DNA of 64,000 nt, taken from positions 602-64,601 of the forward strand of contig CABYQR010000003.1 of the NCBI GenBank assembly GCA_902521155.1. The letters run 5' to 3'. The DNA comes from an uncultured Alphaproteobacteria bacterium (GTDB lineage Bacteria > Pseudomonadota > Alphaproteobacteria > HIMB59). Below, piece by piece: positions 39,316 through 49,294 of the stretch (positions are counted from its first letter, which is position 1; each line of letters opens with the position of its first letter). Under the pieces are notes generated by a model. The model was not told the DNA's origin, did no database searches, and saw only the letters and a program-made list of their open reading frames with translations. The translations under genes and the position numbers were made by a program.

Positions 39316-40195
39316 GCTTAAAACTTTTTATCACGTAGCTAATGCTGGAAGTATATCAAGAGCAATGGATACAATCCATCTTAGTCAATCAGCTATAACC
39401 AGACAAATTCAATCTTTAGAACATAGTTTAAAAACTAAACTTTTTAAAAGACATACAAAAGGGATAACTTTAACAGAACAAGGAACTTATCTATTTGAAG
39501 AAACTGAGAAAATATTTGCAGATTTAAACTCTATTGAAAAAAAAATAGTTGAATTTAAATCTATACCCACGGGTAACCTATCTATAAATACTACAGTGGG
39601 TTTTGGCTCTATGTGGCTAAGCCCTCGAATTAATGAATTCATTCATGGATATCCAGAAATTAATCTTAAATTGAATTACTCCGAAGATGAACAGGATATG
39701 TTAAGACAAAATTATGATATTGGGATTTGGATGAGAAGACCTAAACATTTAGATTTAATCTCCAAACATATAGCAACTATTAAGTATCATATGTATGGTT
39801 CTGCTCACTATATCAATGAAATGGGAATGCCTATAAGAAGAAGTGAATTGAATAAACACCGTTTAATTACCTATGGAACTGGCAAACCCTCACCACTATC
39901 AGATACTAATTGGATTTTAAAAACAGGAGTGGCAAAAAATCAAAAAACAAGGAAACCCCATATTACAATTAATAATTTATATGGCTTATTAGTTGCAGTT
40001 GAGACAGGTGCTGGCTTAGCCGCCCTTCCTGATTATATGGTTCAGCATAAAGCTCATTTAGTAAAAGTATTACCAGAAATAGAAGGCCCAAGTTATGAAG
40101 TTCACATGGTTTATCATGAAAATCTTAAGGGAAGTTTAAAATTAATAGCTTTTAGAGACTTCCTCATGAAAAAAATAGATCAGTGGAGATTTTAA
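39302..40195 (+). CDS. LysR family transcriptional regulator
   Basis: MDWDRLKTF...SQSAITRQIQSLE...LFKRH helix-turn-helix. Confidence 0.93.
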   Translation: MDWDRLKTFYHVANAGSISRAMDTIHLSQSAITRQIQSLEHSLKTKLFKRHTKGITLTEQGTYLFEETEKIFADLNSIEKKIVEFKSIPTGNLSINTTVGFGSMWLSPRINEFIHGYPEINLKLNYSEDEQDMLRQNYDIGIWMRRPKHLDLISKHIATIKYHMYGSAHYINEMGMPIRRSELNKHRLITYGTGKPSPLSDTNWILKTGVAKNQKTRKPHITINNLYGLLVAVETGAGLAALPDYMVQHKAHLVKVLPEIEGPSYEVHMVYHENLKGSLKLIAFRDFLMKKIDQWRF

Positions 40196-40239
40196 ATCTC
40201 TAGTAATTTTTTCAAAAAAAATTAAATATAAACTCTTAA

Positions 40240-41400
40240 ATGAATAATTTATTAAAAACATATAACTTTAGTAACTTTGTAATTGTTAAAGGAAATGGAT
40301 GTTATTTATACACAGCTGACAATAAAAAATTATTAGATTTTTCTGCTGGAGTAGCTGTAAACTCATTAGGCTACAATCACTCTACTGTTAAAAAAACTAT
40401 TCAAGAACAATTGAAAACAGGTATTACCCATCTCGCAGGATCACAAATACACTTATATAAATACAAATTATCTCAATTACTCTCTAAAGAGAGTAACAAA
40501 GGTGATGTTTTCTTTTCAAATTCTGGGGCAGAAAGTATTGAAGCTGCTTTAAAAATTGCTCGTAATTTTGGAAGTAGCAAAGGAAGGGATGAAATTATTG
40601 CGATGACTTCTTCTTTTCATGGAAGAACTATCGGTGCTTTATCTGTAGGAAGTAATAAAGCATATAAGTCTAATATAGGTCCAGTACCAGGAAAAGTTAA
40701 GTTTTGCAAATTTAATGATAGTAAAAACTTAAAACAATTGATCAATAAAAAAACTCTAGCAATTATTATAGAATTTATTCAAGGGGATGGAGGAATAAAT
40801 ATTTGTAATAAAGAATTTGCTAAAACTATTAAAGAAATTTGCAAAAAAAGAAAAATTTTATTGATTGCTGATGAAATACAAGGTGGCATAGGAAGAACGG
40901 GTAAAATTTTTGCTTATAAACATTATGGAGTATCTCCTGATATTATCACATCGGCTAAAGGATTAGGTTCAGGAATACCTATCGGAGCGACTATTGTAAA
41001 AAAAGATATAGCTAAGAACATATCTGTAGGTTTTCATGGCTCTACTTTTGGTGGAGGAATGTTGCAAACGAGAGTTGCCTTAAATGTTCTCAAAACTATA
41101 AATAAGATTAGTTTTTTAAAAAACGTTACATCTAAAGGTGTTTTATTAGAAAAACTTTTAAAAAAACTTAAATCTGACCACCAAGTTATAAATGACGTTA
41201 GGATAAAAGGACTTATGGCAGGTATTGAGTTTAAAAACAATAATACAGCATTAAAAATTTATAAAGATGTCTCCAAAAATGGTTTAGTCACTACGCTTGT
41301 TAAAGGAAATATTATTAGAATTACTCCCCCACTTATTATTAAAAATGAAGAACTTAAAAAAGGGATTGCAATTATCTCAAGCTGTTTAGAACAAATATAA
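40240..41400 (+). CDS. argD: Acetylornithine aminotransferase (PLP class III)
   Basis: DFSAGVAVNSLG, FSNSGAES, FHGRT, DEIQGGIGRTG, SAKGLGSG, HGSTFGG. Confidence 0.8.
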   Translation: MNNLLKTYNFSNFVIVKGNGCYLYTADNKKLLDFSAGVAVNSLGYNHSTVKKTIQEQLKTGITHLAGSQIHLYKYKLSQLLSKESNKGDVFFSNSGAESIEAALKIARNFGSSKGRDEIIAMTSSFHGRTIGALSVGSNKAYKSNIGPVPGKVKFCKFNDSKNLKQLINKKTLAIIIEFIQGDGGINICNKEFAKTIKEICKKRKILLIADEIQGGIGRTGKIFAYKHYGVSPDIITSAKGLGSGIPIGATIVKKDIAKNISVGFHGSTFGGGMLQTRVALNVLKTINKISFLKNVTSKGVLLEKLLKKLKSDHQVINDVRIKGLMAGIEFKNNNTALKIYKDVSKNGLVTTLVKGNIIRITPPLIIKNEELKKGIAIISSCLEQI

Positions 41401-41402
41401 GA

Positions 41403-42365
41403 CTAATCATTATTGATATATTTTGTAGTTCCAGAACCATTAATCCAATTCCAGATTAAATCTTGCAAACTATTACCATCAAATTCTTTATAATATAAAT
41501 CAGTAGCAGTCATGACATGACCCCATTCGACATTTCCTTTTAATTTTCTTTTTTCAGCGTTAATTGAAAATCCAGCATTATAAAAATTTGAGTCATTTGT
41601 TATTGATTGTCTAACTTTATTTAAATCACCTTTAATATAAGGGTCACCTATATTCCATATAAAAAATATTTTATTCAAATTATTTCTTTCAAATAACATT
41701 CGAGAAGGAAAACAATTTGACCAATGTGAGTCTTTACAATGATCAACTCGATCATCATATAAAAATTTAACTATTTTTGGCCATGGACCTTCATTCCATT
41801 GTAAACGAACATTATGAGACTCTGTATCCAACCACCAACTATCGGCAATCAAGTAAGGATTATCATATTTTTTTATTAGATCGACATTTAAACCTAAAGC
41901 TAAAGATCCTGCACTATATCCTGCAAAAACTAATTTATCAGCATTTGCAAATTCATTGTCAAATTGTTCAAAGATATCTTCAATAATATAACGTCCATGA
42001 TAATAAACTTCTTTACCATCAATCGTATGTGTATGAGTTCCTTGATGAATATCATTGCTGCAGTAAGGAACAAACAAGACATTAAAACCCCTCTGAATAA
42101 AATCCTCAACCATATGAGTTTTACCCCTATCAGGTGAAACTGCAGGAGATTTCAACCCACTATCCCTTGATCTGTACTGATCCTCATTAGCAGCAACACC
42201 CCCTCCTTGGATATACATTAACCAATTATTTGATTTGCCTTCAAAAAAAGTAAAAGTAGCTTGCTCGCCGTTACTACAAAGAGCTTTAGGGTTTTTAGTA
42301 CTGATTAACTCAGCATTTAATGAATTAAACAAAAAGAAAAAAAATAAAAAAAATAATTTTGACAT
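41403..42365 (-). CDS. Secreted pectinacetylesterase/Notum-family serine hydrolase
   Basis: Signal peptide; ALCSNG, YIQGGG, FVPYCSND, nucleophile GYSAG, C-terminal His. Confidence 0.75.
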   Translation of the reverse strand: MSKLFFLFFFFLFNSLNAELISTKNPKALCSNGEQATFTFFEGKSNNWLMYIQGGGVAANEDQYRSRDSGLKSPAVSPDRGKTHMVEDFIQRGFNVLFVPYCSNDIHQGTHTHTIDGKEVYYHGRYIIEDIFEQFDNEFANADKLVFAGYSAGSLALGLNVDLIKKYDNPYLIADSWWLDTESHNVRLQWNEGPWPKIVKFLYDDRVDHCKDSHWSNCFPSRMLFERNNLNKIFFIWNIGDPYIKGDLNKVRQSITNDSNFYNAGFSINAEKRKLKGNVEWGHVMTATDLYYKEFDGNSLQDLIWNWINGSGTTKYINND

Positions 42366-42401
42366 CAAAATATAATATTAAAATTATATTATTTTAACAG
42401 T

Positions 42402-43253
42402 TTAATAGTCTAAAGATTGTTTTTGAAATACAGTTCCAATGCCCTCTTCTGTCTCTAATTCTGTCAGCAAAGCATTTTTAATTTCACCACTAATTATGTG
42501 AATTTTTTGAACTCCTTGATTGAGAGCTTTTAGAGAGTTTTCAACTTTAACAACCATTCCATTAGTAATAATTTTTTCATCAAATAATTTTTTTGCTACG
42601 TTTTCATCAACAGCAGATATTCTCTCACCCTTGAGATCTTTAATAAAAGGGACATCAGAAATAAAAATTAATTTACTAGCAGATAAGTTGACTGCTAACT
42701 CTGTCGCAATAGTATCTGCGTTAACATTTAATACCTCAGCGGTATTTTTGTCTAAAACTAAACTTGGCATTATAATCATATCATGTTCTTTAAATAATTT
42801 TTGAATTTCTAGTGCATCTACAGAGACAACATCACCTACTTGACCGTAGTTTACTCCATCAATAATTTCTCTTCTTTTTGCTGATATAAAGTCTTTTTTG
42901 GATATAGGTATTGGAAAATTTCTAATGTTATATCTTGAGCTTAAACTAAAAATATCAATCAATATTTGACCAGAAATTTTTTTAGCTGCTTCAATATCAT
43001 CACCTGATGTAATTCTTCTTCCATTAATTTTTTTAGGTTCAAGATTATGAACATTTTTCATGTAATTATCTAATTGTCTTCCAAAACCAAACACTAAAAC
43101 GACTTTTAATTTTGAAATCGTAGATAAAAGTTCTTTAATATCACTGATAACATTTTGTATGTTTTCTTGGTTATCACATATTTTACCACTGACTTTTACG
43201 ACTAATGTCGAATTTTGTAGAATAGACTGATAAAAAGATTGCGTTTTGCTCAT
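42402..43253 (-). CDS. argB: Acetylglutamate kinase, divergent
   Basis: VVKVSG, GRRIT, GQVG, NVNAD, SDV, GMVVK. Start reassigned to ATG 43253, which gives an ATGA overlap with argC. Confidence 0.8.
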   Translation of the reverse strand: MSKTQSFYQSILQNSTLVVKVSGKICDNQENIQNVISDIKELLSTISKLKVVLVFGFGRQLDNYMKNVHNLEPKKINGRRITSGDDIEAAKKISGQILIDIFSLSSRYNIRNFPIPISKKDFISAKRREIIDGVNYGQVGDVVSVDALEIQKLFKEHDMIIMPSLVLDKNTAEVLNVNADTIATELAVNLSASKLIFISDVPFIKDLKGERISAVDENVAKKLFDEKIITNGMVVKVENSLKALNQGVQKIHIISGEIKNALLTELETEEGIGTVFQKQSLDY

Positions 43254-44242
43254 AAATATAAAGGTAACATTTCTTTTAGACCAAGTGATTGGTCTTCTGA
43301 AAACATTAAGTTCATACACTCAACTGCATTACCTGAAGCACCTTTAATTAAATTATCTAAGCAGGTCTCAACTACAAAATTGTTCTCATCTTTTATAGAC
43401 ACTGAAAGATCACAATAGTTAGAGCCAACAACATTAGAAAGCTTTGCCTGTTGTTGAAATCTAACAAAAGGCATATTTATAAAGGTTTTTTGAATTAAAC
43501 TATTAATTGAATTTACATTAATTTGTTCAGATGTCTGTATATGAGCAGTTAGATAAATGCCTCTAGTAAATGGTCCAGATAAGGGAACAAAGGACAATTT
43601 ATCACTTAAATTTGGATAGGATTGAAAAATTTCAGCTAGATGTCTGTGCTTATTGATATTGTATGAAAAAATATCTTTTGAACGAATAGAATGATGATTT
43701 TTTAAAGAAGATAATTTTCCTCCACCGCTAGAACCTGTAATAGCAGTTATTGAAATTTTATTAATAAGTGAGTGAAATGGAAGTATTGCTAATTGGCTAG
43801 CCAGTGCAAAACAACCTGGGTTTGCAATATTTGAAGATTTTTTAATTTCATCTAAGGAAGACTCGATAAAACCATAAGTAAATTTTGATTGAATACTAGG
43901 GTCAAAAGAAGTTTTATAATAAGACTCATATGAACTAACATCGCTAATTCTAAAATCAGAACTTAAATCAATAATTTTTACTTTATTTAATAATTCTTTT
44001 ACATATTCATGAGCTGAACCATGTGGTAAAGATAAAAACACACAATCTAATTCTTTAAAATCATCTAAATTTGATGTTTGAAGTTCATTTAATTTTAATG
44101 AAGTAAGATGAGTAAACTCATCTTCAATTTCAATTTCTCTTTTTAGAATTTTTAAAATTTCAACTTTAGGATGAATTGATAAAATTCTAAGTAGTTCTAA
44201 TCCTAAAAAACCATTTGCGCCTATAACTCCAACTCTAATCAT
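43250..44242 (-). CDS. argC: N-acetyl-gamma-glutamyl-phosphate reductase
   Basis: VGVIGANGFLG, FLSLPHG, IDLSSDFR, IANPGC, GSSGGG, HRHLAEI, DNLIKGASG. Start reassigned to ATG 44242. Confidence 0.9.
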   Translation of the reverse strand: MIRVGVIGANGFLGLELLRILSIHPKVEILKILKREIEIEDEFTHLTSLKLNELQTSNLDDFKELDCVFLSLPHGSAHEYVKELLNKVKIIDLSSDFRISDVSSYESYYKTSFDPSIQSKFTYGFIESSLDEIKKSSNIANPGCFALASQLAILPFHSLINKISITAITGSSGGGKLSSLKNHHSIRSKDIFSYNINKHRHLAEIFQSYPNLSDKLSFVPLSGPFTRGIYLTAHIQTSEQINVNSINSLIQKTFINMPFVRFQQQAKLSNVVGSNYCDLSVSIKDENNFVVETCLDNLIKGASGNAVECMNLMFSEDQSLGLKEMLPLYL

Positions 44243-45281
44243 TATTAATCCTATTAATAATTTTTGCAAAAACGTTTACATGATTAGATGAATTATAAAT
44301 ATTTAAGTAATCTGAATTATCTAGAGTGAATTTCTCAAAAGATTGTTTAAAAGCAGAGACATTATTAGTAACAGGACCACTAATTATTAGAAGTTTATTT
44401 TCTAAGTTATTAGATTTTAAATTTTCGATAATATTAACCGCTCCAGAGATATCGTATGCACATATAATGATAACTTCAATGGAATTGGTAATATCTTTAT
44501 TTTGAATGATCTCTTTTGTTCCATAATCGCCATGATAACCATCTCCTAACTCCATTAGCAAAATATCTGCTCCCTCTGATATATGATTAATTATGGACGA
44601 AGAGCACTCTTGAATAACAGATTTATCTGTCATGCAAGTACTTGGAAGGCCATAATCTACGAAATCAGATGTTTTAAATGCTCCATTGTCTTCATAGGAG
44701 TAAAGGTCTTTTTGGGATGCTGTGCCAGCTAGTTTGCAAGCATTAATCTTCTCATAATACTTACTTAAAGTTTTGATAATGAATGATGTGACGGTAGTTT
44801 TTCCAGAGTCAATACCAGTGCCAATTACAGCAATTGAAGGAACGTGACTAACATTTTTATTTATTTTAATTTTTGAAAAATCTTGTAGATTCAGTTGTTT
44901 GTTAGAATTATCTATAATTGATCCAAGCACTTCACATTCTGTTGCGGGCCCTAAAAGAATATTAAAATCTTTACATGCACCAATAACGCCGCCCAGATTT
45001 AATACATGAATTTTATCATGTTTATTCAACTCTTCTGGAACTGTGCCAGTCATTCCTGATGATGCTATTCTATTGCCTAACGCTCCTATGATGACGTCTC
45101 CCTCGGTTAATTCAGTAATTCTTCCAGATACTAGCTCTAATTTATTGTAATTAGGATTTACAGAAATTACCTTAACTGCAATTAACTGACCTATTTTACA
45201 GTCAATTTCATCAAAAATACTTAGTTCATCTATATTATTGATGTTCTTAAGAACTGAGCCAATTTTTTTTGTATTAATCAT
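44235..45281 (-). CDS. DUF1611/DgcN-like protein with P-loop C-terminal domain
   Basis: LELVSGR...GDVIIGALGNR, LGGVIG, IAVIGTGIDSGKTT, ACKLAG, DFVDYGLPST, ELGDG. Start is ATG 45281 or TTG 45311. Confidence 0.75.
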   Translation of the reverse strand: MINTKKIGSVLKNINNIDELSIFDEIDCKIGQLIAVKVISVNPNYNKLELVSGRITELTEGDVIIGALGNRIASSGMTGTVPEELNKHDKIHVLNLGGVIGACKDFNILLGPATECEVLGSIIDNSNKQLNLQDFSKIKINKNVSHVPSIAVIGTGIDSGKTTVTSFIIKTLSKYYEKINACKLAGTASQKDLYSYEDNGAFKTSDFVDYGLPSTCMTDKSVIQECSSSIINHISEGADILLMELGDGYHGDYGTKEIIQNKDITNSIEVIIICAYDISGAVNIIENLKSNNLENKLLIISGPVTNNVSAFKQSFEKFTLDNSDYLNIYNSSNHVNVFAKIINRINND

Positions 45282-45357
45282 TTTAAGGTTTGTTTTTATA
45301 TAATTATCCAAAATATAAGCAATATTTTATTTATGAATATTTAATAAAATAGCCAAT

Positions 45358-46545
45358 TTAGAGGTTCAAATTACGAACATTTTTAGCAGCTTGCCTTATT
45401 CTCTGTTCATTTTCTACCAAGCCTATTCTAACAAAACCTTCACCATATTCACCAAACGCAATACCTGGAGATACAGCCACATTAGCTTTTGTCATCAAAT
45501 CTTTTGCAAACTTCAGAGATCCTTTATTTTGATATTTTTTAGGTACAGGGGCCCAGGCAAACATACTAGCTTTCGGGCTGGGTATTTCCCATCCTGACCG
45601 AGACATCGACTCCACCATAACATTTCTTCTACTTTCATAAATAGATCTAATCTCAGAAACACAAGACTGAGATGCATTAAGAGCCGTTGCAGCAGCAACT
45701 TGAACAGGAGTAAATGCTCCGTAATCTAAATAGGATTTTATTTTAGTGAGAGCTTCAATTAGTTTTTTATTGCCTACTGCAAAACCAATTCTCCAACCAG
45801 CCATAGCATACGTTTTAGACATTGAGGTAAACTCAACGGCAATTTGTTTAGCTTTACTAACTTGTAAAATAGATGGGGGTGGGCTTTTGTCAAAATATAT
45901 TTCAGCGTAAGCTAGATCTGATAAAACATAAACGTTATACTTTAAGGCAATTTTAATAATTTCTTTATAAAAATCTAAATCCACTACTTGCGCAGTAGGA
46001 TTTGAGGGAAAGGATACTATTAAAGCAACAGGTGTAGGTGAGCTATGCCTTATGGATCTATCCAGTCTTTCTAAGTAAGACTCAGGATCAAATTTCCCAT
46101 CTGTCATTGTTTGAAGATGTCTTAAAGAGGCACCGGCTATAATAAAACCATAAGGATGTATAGGGTAAGAAGGGTTAGGAGAAACAATTATGTCTCCTGG
46201 TGAAGAAATTGCCTGTGCTAGGTTAGCTAGCCCCTCTTTAGAGCCAAGTGTTACAACAACTTCATTTTCAGGGTTTAATTTGACACCAAATCTTTTTTCA
46301 TAATATTTAGCTTGAGCTTTTCTTAGACCAGGAATTCCCCTACTCATTGAATATCTTCCTGTACCTGGTTTATCACTAACTTCTTTTAACTTATCCCTAA
46401 TATGTTTAGGGGTTGGCATATCTGGATTACCCATACCAAAATCGATTATATCTTTGCCTTCTTTTCTCAACTTGGCTTTAAGTTTATTAATCTCACCAAA
46501 AATATAGGGAGGCAATCTATCAATACGATTAAATTCTTTTTTCAC
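45358..46545 (-). CDS. PLP class I aminotransferase (AlaC / LL-DAP aminotransferase-like)
   Basis: RLPPYIF, DFGMGNPD, FPSNPT, DLAY, SMSKTYAMAGWRIG. Confidence 0.88.
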   Translation of the reverse strand: MKKEFNRIDRLPPYIFGEINKLKAKLRKEGKDIIDFGMGNPDMPTPKHIRDKLKEVSDKPGTGRYSMSRGIPGLRKAQAKYYEKRFGVKLNPENEVVVTLGSKEGLANLAQAISSPGDIIVSPNPSYPIHPYGFIIAGASLRHLQTMTDGKFDPESYLERLDRSIRHSSPTPVALIVSFPSNPTAQVVDLDFYKEIIKIALKYNVYVLSDLAYAEIYFDKSPPPSILQVSKAKQIAVEFTSMSKTYAMAGWRIGFAVGNKKLIEALTKIKSYLDYGAFTPVQVAAATALNASQSCVSEIRSIYESRRNVMVESMSRSGWEIPSPKASMFAWAPVPKKYQNKGSLKFAKDLMTKANVAVSPGIAFGEYGEGFVRIGLVENEQRIRQAAKNVRNLNL

Positions 46546-46602
46546 TCTTTTAAAATAGTTATTTTTTAAGATTTCTGAAGTATAAAAACAAAATTATGTA
46601 AA

Positions 46603-47790
46603 TTAAGTGTATTGACCAGCAACATAACCTGAAGACCAGGCCCATTGAAAATTATACCCACCTAAATGACCAGTTACATCGACTACCTCGCCAATAAAAA
46701 ATAAACCTGGATACTTTTTTGACATCATAGTTTTAGAAGAAAGTTCATCAGTGTTAACCCCACCTAGGGTTACTTCAGCAGTTCGATATCCTTCTGTTCC
46801 AGTAGGTTTAAGTTTCCAAGAGTTTAAAAATGATGCTAGATTTAATAATACTTTATTAGGTATCTCTGAAATTTTTCCTTTAATATTTAAGTAGTTACTT
46901 AAAGAGATTGCTAATCTTTTAGGGATAATATCTGAAATTATTGATATTAAATCTTGTTTGGAATGAGATTTTTTTTTGTCTTCTAGAAATTGATAGACAT
47001 TTAAATTAGGACATAAATTGATATCAATTTCATTAGTTAATTTCCAATAGGAAGAAATTTGTAAGATAGATGGACCGCTTAATCCTCGATGGGTAAAAAG
47101 CATTCCTTCTTTAAAAAAAGTCTTACCATAAGAAACAATAGCGTCTTGAGATATTCCAGTAAGTTCTTTACACATCTTTAAAATATTATCACTAAATGTT
47201 AATGGAACTAATGCGGCTGAAGGATCAATGATTTCTAAATCAAATTTTTTTGCTATATCGTATCCAAATTTTGTAGCACCAATTTTAGGTACAGAGAGCC
47301 CTCCTGTTGCAACTACAAGAGATGAACTGATATAATGAGTGTCTCCTAAATCGATAGAATAAAATTTTTCATTTTTGATAATATTAGATACAATTTTTTC
47401 TTTGAAAAGTGTTACACCCGATTTTTCACATTCAGCTAATAGCATATCAATTATGTGTTGAGAACTCTCGTCACAGAAAAGTTGCCCTAATTTTTTTTCA
47501 TGAAACTTAATATTATGAGACTCAACTAATTTTATAAAATCATACTGTGTATATTGACTTAAAGCGGAAACCATAAATTTATCATTATTTGATATAAATT
47601 TAGAATCATGAGTATTGAGATTTGTGAAGTTACACCTACCTCCTCCAGAAATTCTTATTTTCTCACCTATTTTTTTTGAATGATCAATTAGGAGAACGCT
47701 CTTTCCTCTTTTACCAGACTCTATAGCACAAATAAGACCTGCAGCACCAGCGCCAATGATTATGACATCAAAATGATTATCTATTTTCAT
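46603..47790 (-). CDS. HI0933 family flavoprotein (YhiN/BaiN/RdsA-like)
   Basis: GAGAAG, KIRISGGGRCNFTN, ATGGLS, LFTHRGLSGP, VTLGGV, GGYNFQWAWSSG. Confidence 0.92.
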   Translation of the reverse strand: MKIDNHFDVIIIGAGAAGLICAIESGKRGKSVLLIDHSKKIGEKIRISGGGRCNFTNLNTHDSKFISNNDKFMVSALSQYTQYDFIKLVESHNIKFHEKKLGQLFCDESSQHIIDMLLAECEKSGVTLFKEKIVSNIIKNEKFYSIDLGDTHYISSSLVVATGGLSVPKIGATKFGYDIAKKFDLEIIDPSAALVPLTFSDNILKMCKELTGISQDAIVSYGKTFFKEGMLFTHRGLSGPSILQISSYWKLTNEIDINLCPNLNVYQFLEDKKKSHSKQDLISIISDIIPKRLAISLSNYLNIKGKISEIPNKVLLNLASFLNSWKLKPTGTEGYRTAEVTLGGVNTDELSSKTMMSKKYPGLFFIGEVVDVTGHLGGYNFQWAWSSGYVAGQYT

Positions 47791-47814
47791 GAGAATAAAA
47801 TAATTTTAAAGAAA

Positions 47815-48606
47815 TTATAATACTTCAATTTCCCCTCTTAAAAATGTGACTGCTTCTCCACCAATTGATACTCTGTCATGTTTAAAGTTACAATAAACCA
47901 TACCTCCTCTTTCTGATAACTGATATGCAATCATTTCTTTTTTATTAAGTATTTTAGACCAATAAGGTATTAATTCACAATGAGTTGATCCAGTAACTGG
48001 GTCCTCTGGAATACCTAACTTAGGTGCAAAATTCCTTGATACAAAATCTACATCTCTGCCTATAGCTGTAACTACAATTGAAGGAAATTTTAATTGTTTC
48101 AACTTTTCCATATCAGGGCAAATTGCTCTAATGTCATCTTCGCTATCATAAACGGCTATTAAATCTCTATATGCAAAAACTTTAACTGGTTTTTTGCCTA
48201 AAGCATCTTTTAACAAAAATAAATTGAAATGTTCCTGCAATTTAGGAGGCCTTGCTGGAAAATCCATGTGATAGAGATTATCTTTAGTTGTTACATTTAA
48301 AGTGTCACCAAGTTGAGTTTTAAAAGTTATTTTTTTTTTGTCACTTTTAAATTCTCTTAAGATAATATGTGCTGAAGCAAGTGTAGGATGCCCGGCTAGA
48401 TCCATCTCAGCTTTAGGTGTAAACCATCTAATATGATAGATGCCCTTATCTTTTATATAAAATGCAGTTTCAGATAAATTATTTTCCATAGCTATGCTTT
48501 GCATTATTTGATCAGGTAACCATTCTTTAAGTGGGCATACAGCTGCTGGGTTTCCTTTAAATATTTCAGAGGCAAAAGCATCTACTTGATAAAGAGGAAT
48601 TTTCAT
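47815..48606 (-). CDS. PhzF family isomerase/epimerase
   Basis: YQVDAF...GNPAAV, NLSETAF, RWFTP, EDPVTGS. Confidence 0.92.
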   Translation of the reverse strand: MKIPLYQVDAFASEIFKGNPAAVCPLKEWLPDQIMQSIAMENNLSETAFYIKDKGIYHIRWFTPKAEMDLAGHPTLASAHIILREFKSDKKKITFKTQLGDTLNVTTKDNLYHMDFPARPPKLQEHFNLFLLKDALGKKPVKVFAYRDLIAVYDSEDDIRAICPDMEKLKQLKFPSIVVTAIGRDVDFVSRNFAPKLGIPEDPVTGSTHCELIPYWSKILNKKEMIAYQLSERGGMVYCNFKHDRVSIGGEAVTFLRGEIEVL

Positions 48607-48643
48607 AAATTTAAAGAATAAAGAGTAATTTTAATAAAAATTA

Positions 48644-49285
48644 TTAAAATCTGTGTTTACCGCCTACATAATCATGATTTATTATAACTTCATTTTCTGG
48701 GATAGATGACCAATGATCAGTATGTTTATCCATTCTATTATATTCTTTAGGTAACCATAATTGATTTAGCGGGGGTTTAAAATTGTTAAAAGCTAAATCT
48801 AAAATTGGATCATTATTTTTTTTTTCTTTTAATGAGGATGTTATCTCAATCCATCTAATTAAAAGCTCAATAGCTGGGGCTGTATATGCAAACTTTTGAA
48901 CACCACCTGCACAAAATAATTTTTCAGAATTAGGATCATAAGATATTTTACCATCTAAATGATGATTATTATCTGCTAACCAATTATAAATAGCGAAATC
49001 ATAGTTTTTAAAAAGTAAATTAGGAAAACTCCAAATTTCAGTATCAATATCAAGCCAAACAACAGATTTTCTAAATTTTAGTAAATTGGTTAGGATAAAT
49101 CTAGGTTTATAAGCAACACCATCCTGCCAAGAATTGAACTTATTAATTTTTTCAATACTATATTTTAAATTAAATTTATTTAGTGATTTTTCTAACTTTT
49201 CTTTTAAGGATGGATAATTGCCGTCAATAGAGTAATAAGAAATAAATATAGTGTTTTCTGTATTATATGTTTCAGAGGTATTCAT
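48644..49285 (-). CDS. Putative nucleotide-diphospho-sugar transferase (GT-A fold)
   Basis: YKPRFI and VVWLDID (DxD motif), WLPKEY. Confidence 0.65.
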   Translation of the reverse strand: MNTSETYNTENTIFISYYSIDGNYPSLKEKLEKSLNKFNLKYSIEKINKFNSWQDGVAYKPRFILTNLLKFRKSVVWLDIDTEIWSFPNLLFKNYDFAIYNWLADNNHHLDGKISYDPNSEKLFCAGGVQKFAYTAPAIELLIRWIEITSSLKEKKNNDPILDLAFNNFKPPLNQLWLPKEYNRMDKHTDHWSSIPENEVIINHDYVGGKHRF

Positions 49286-49294
49286 AAATTTAAA

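Noticed and set aside
42402-45311. LysW-dependent (LysY/LysZ) pathway
   Set aside because: No LysW carrier or LysX/ArgX ATP-grasp ligase in the window.
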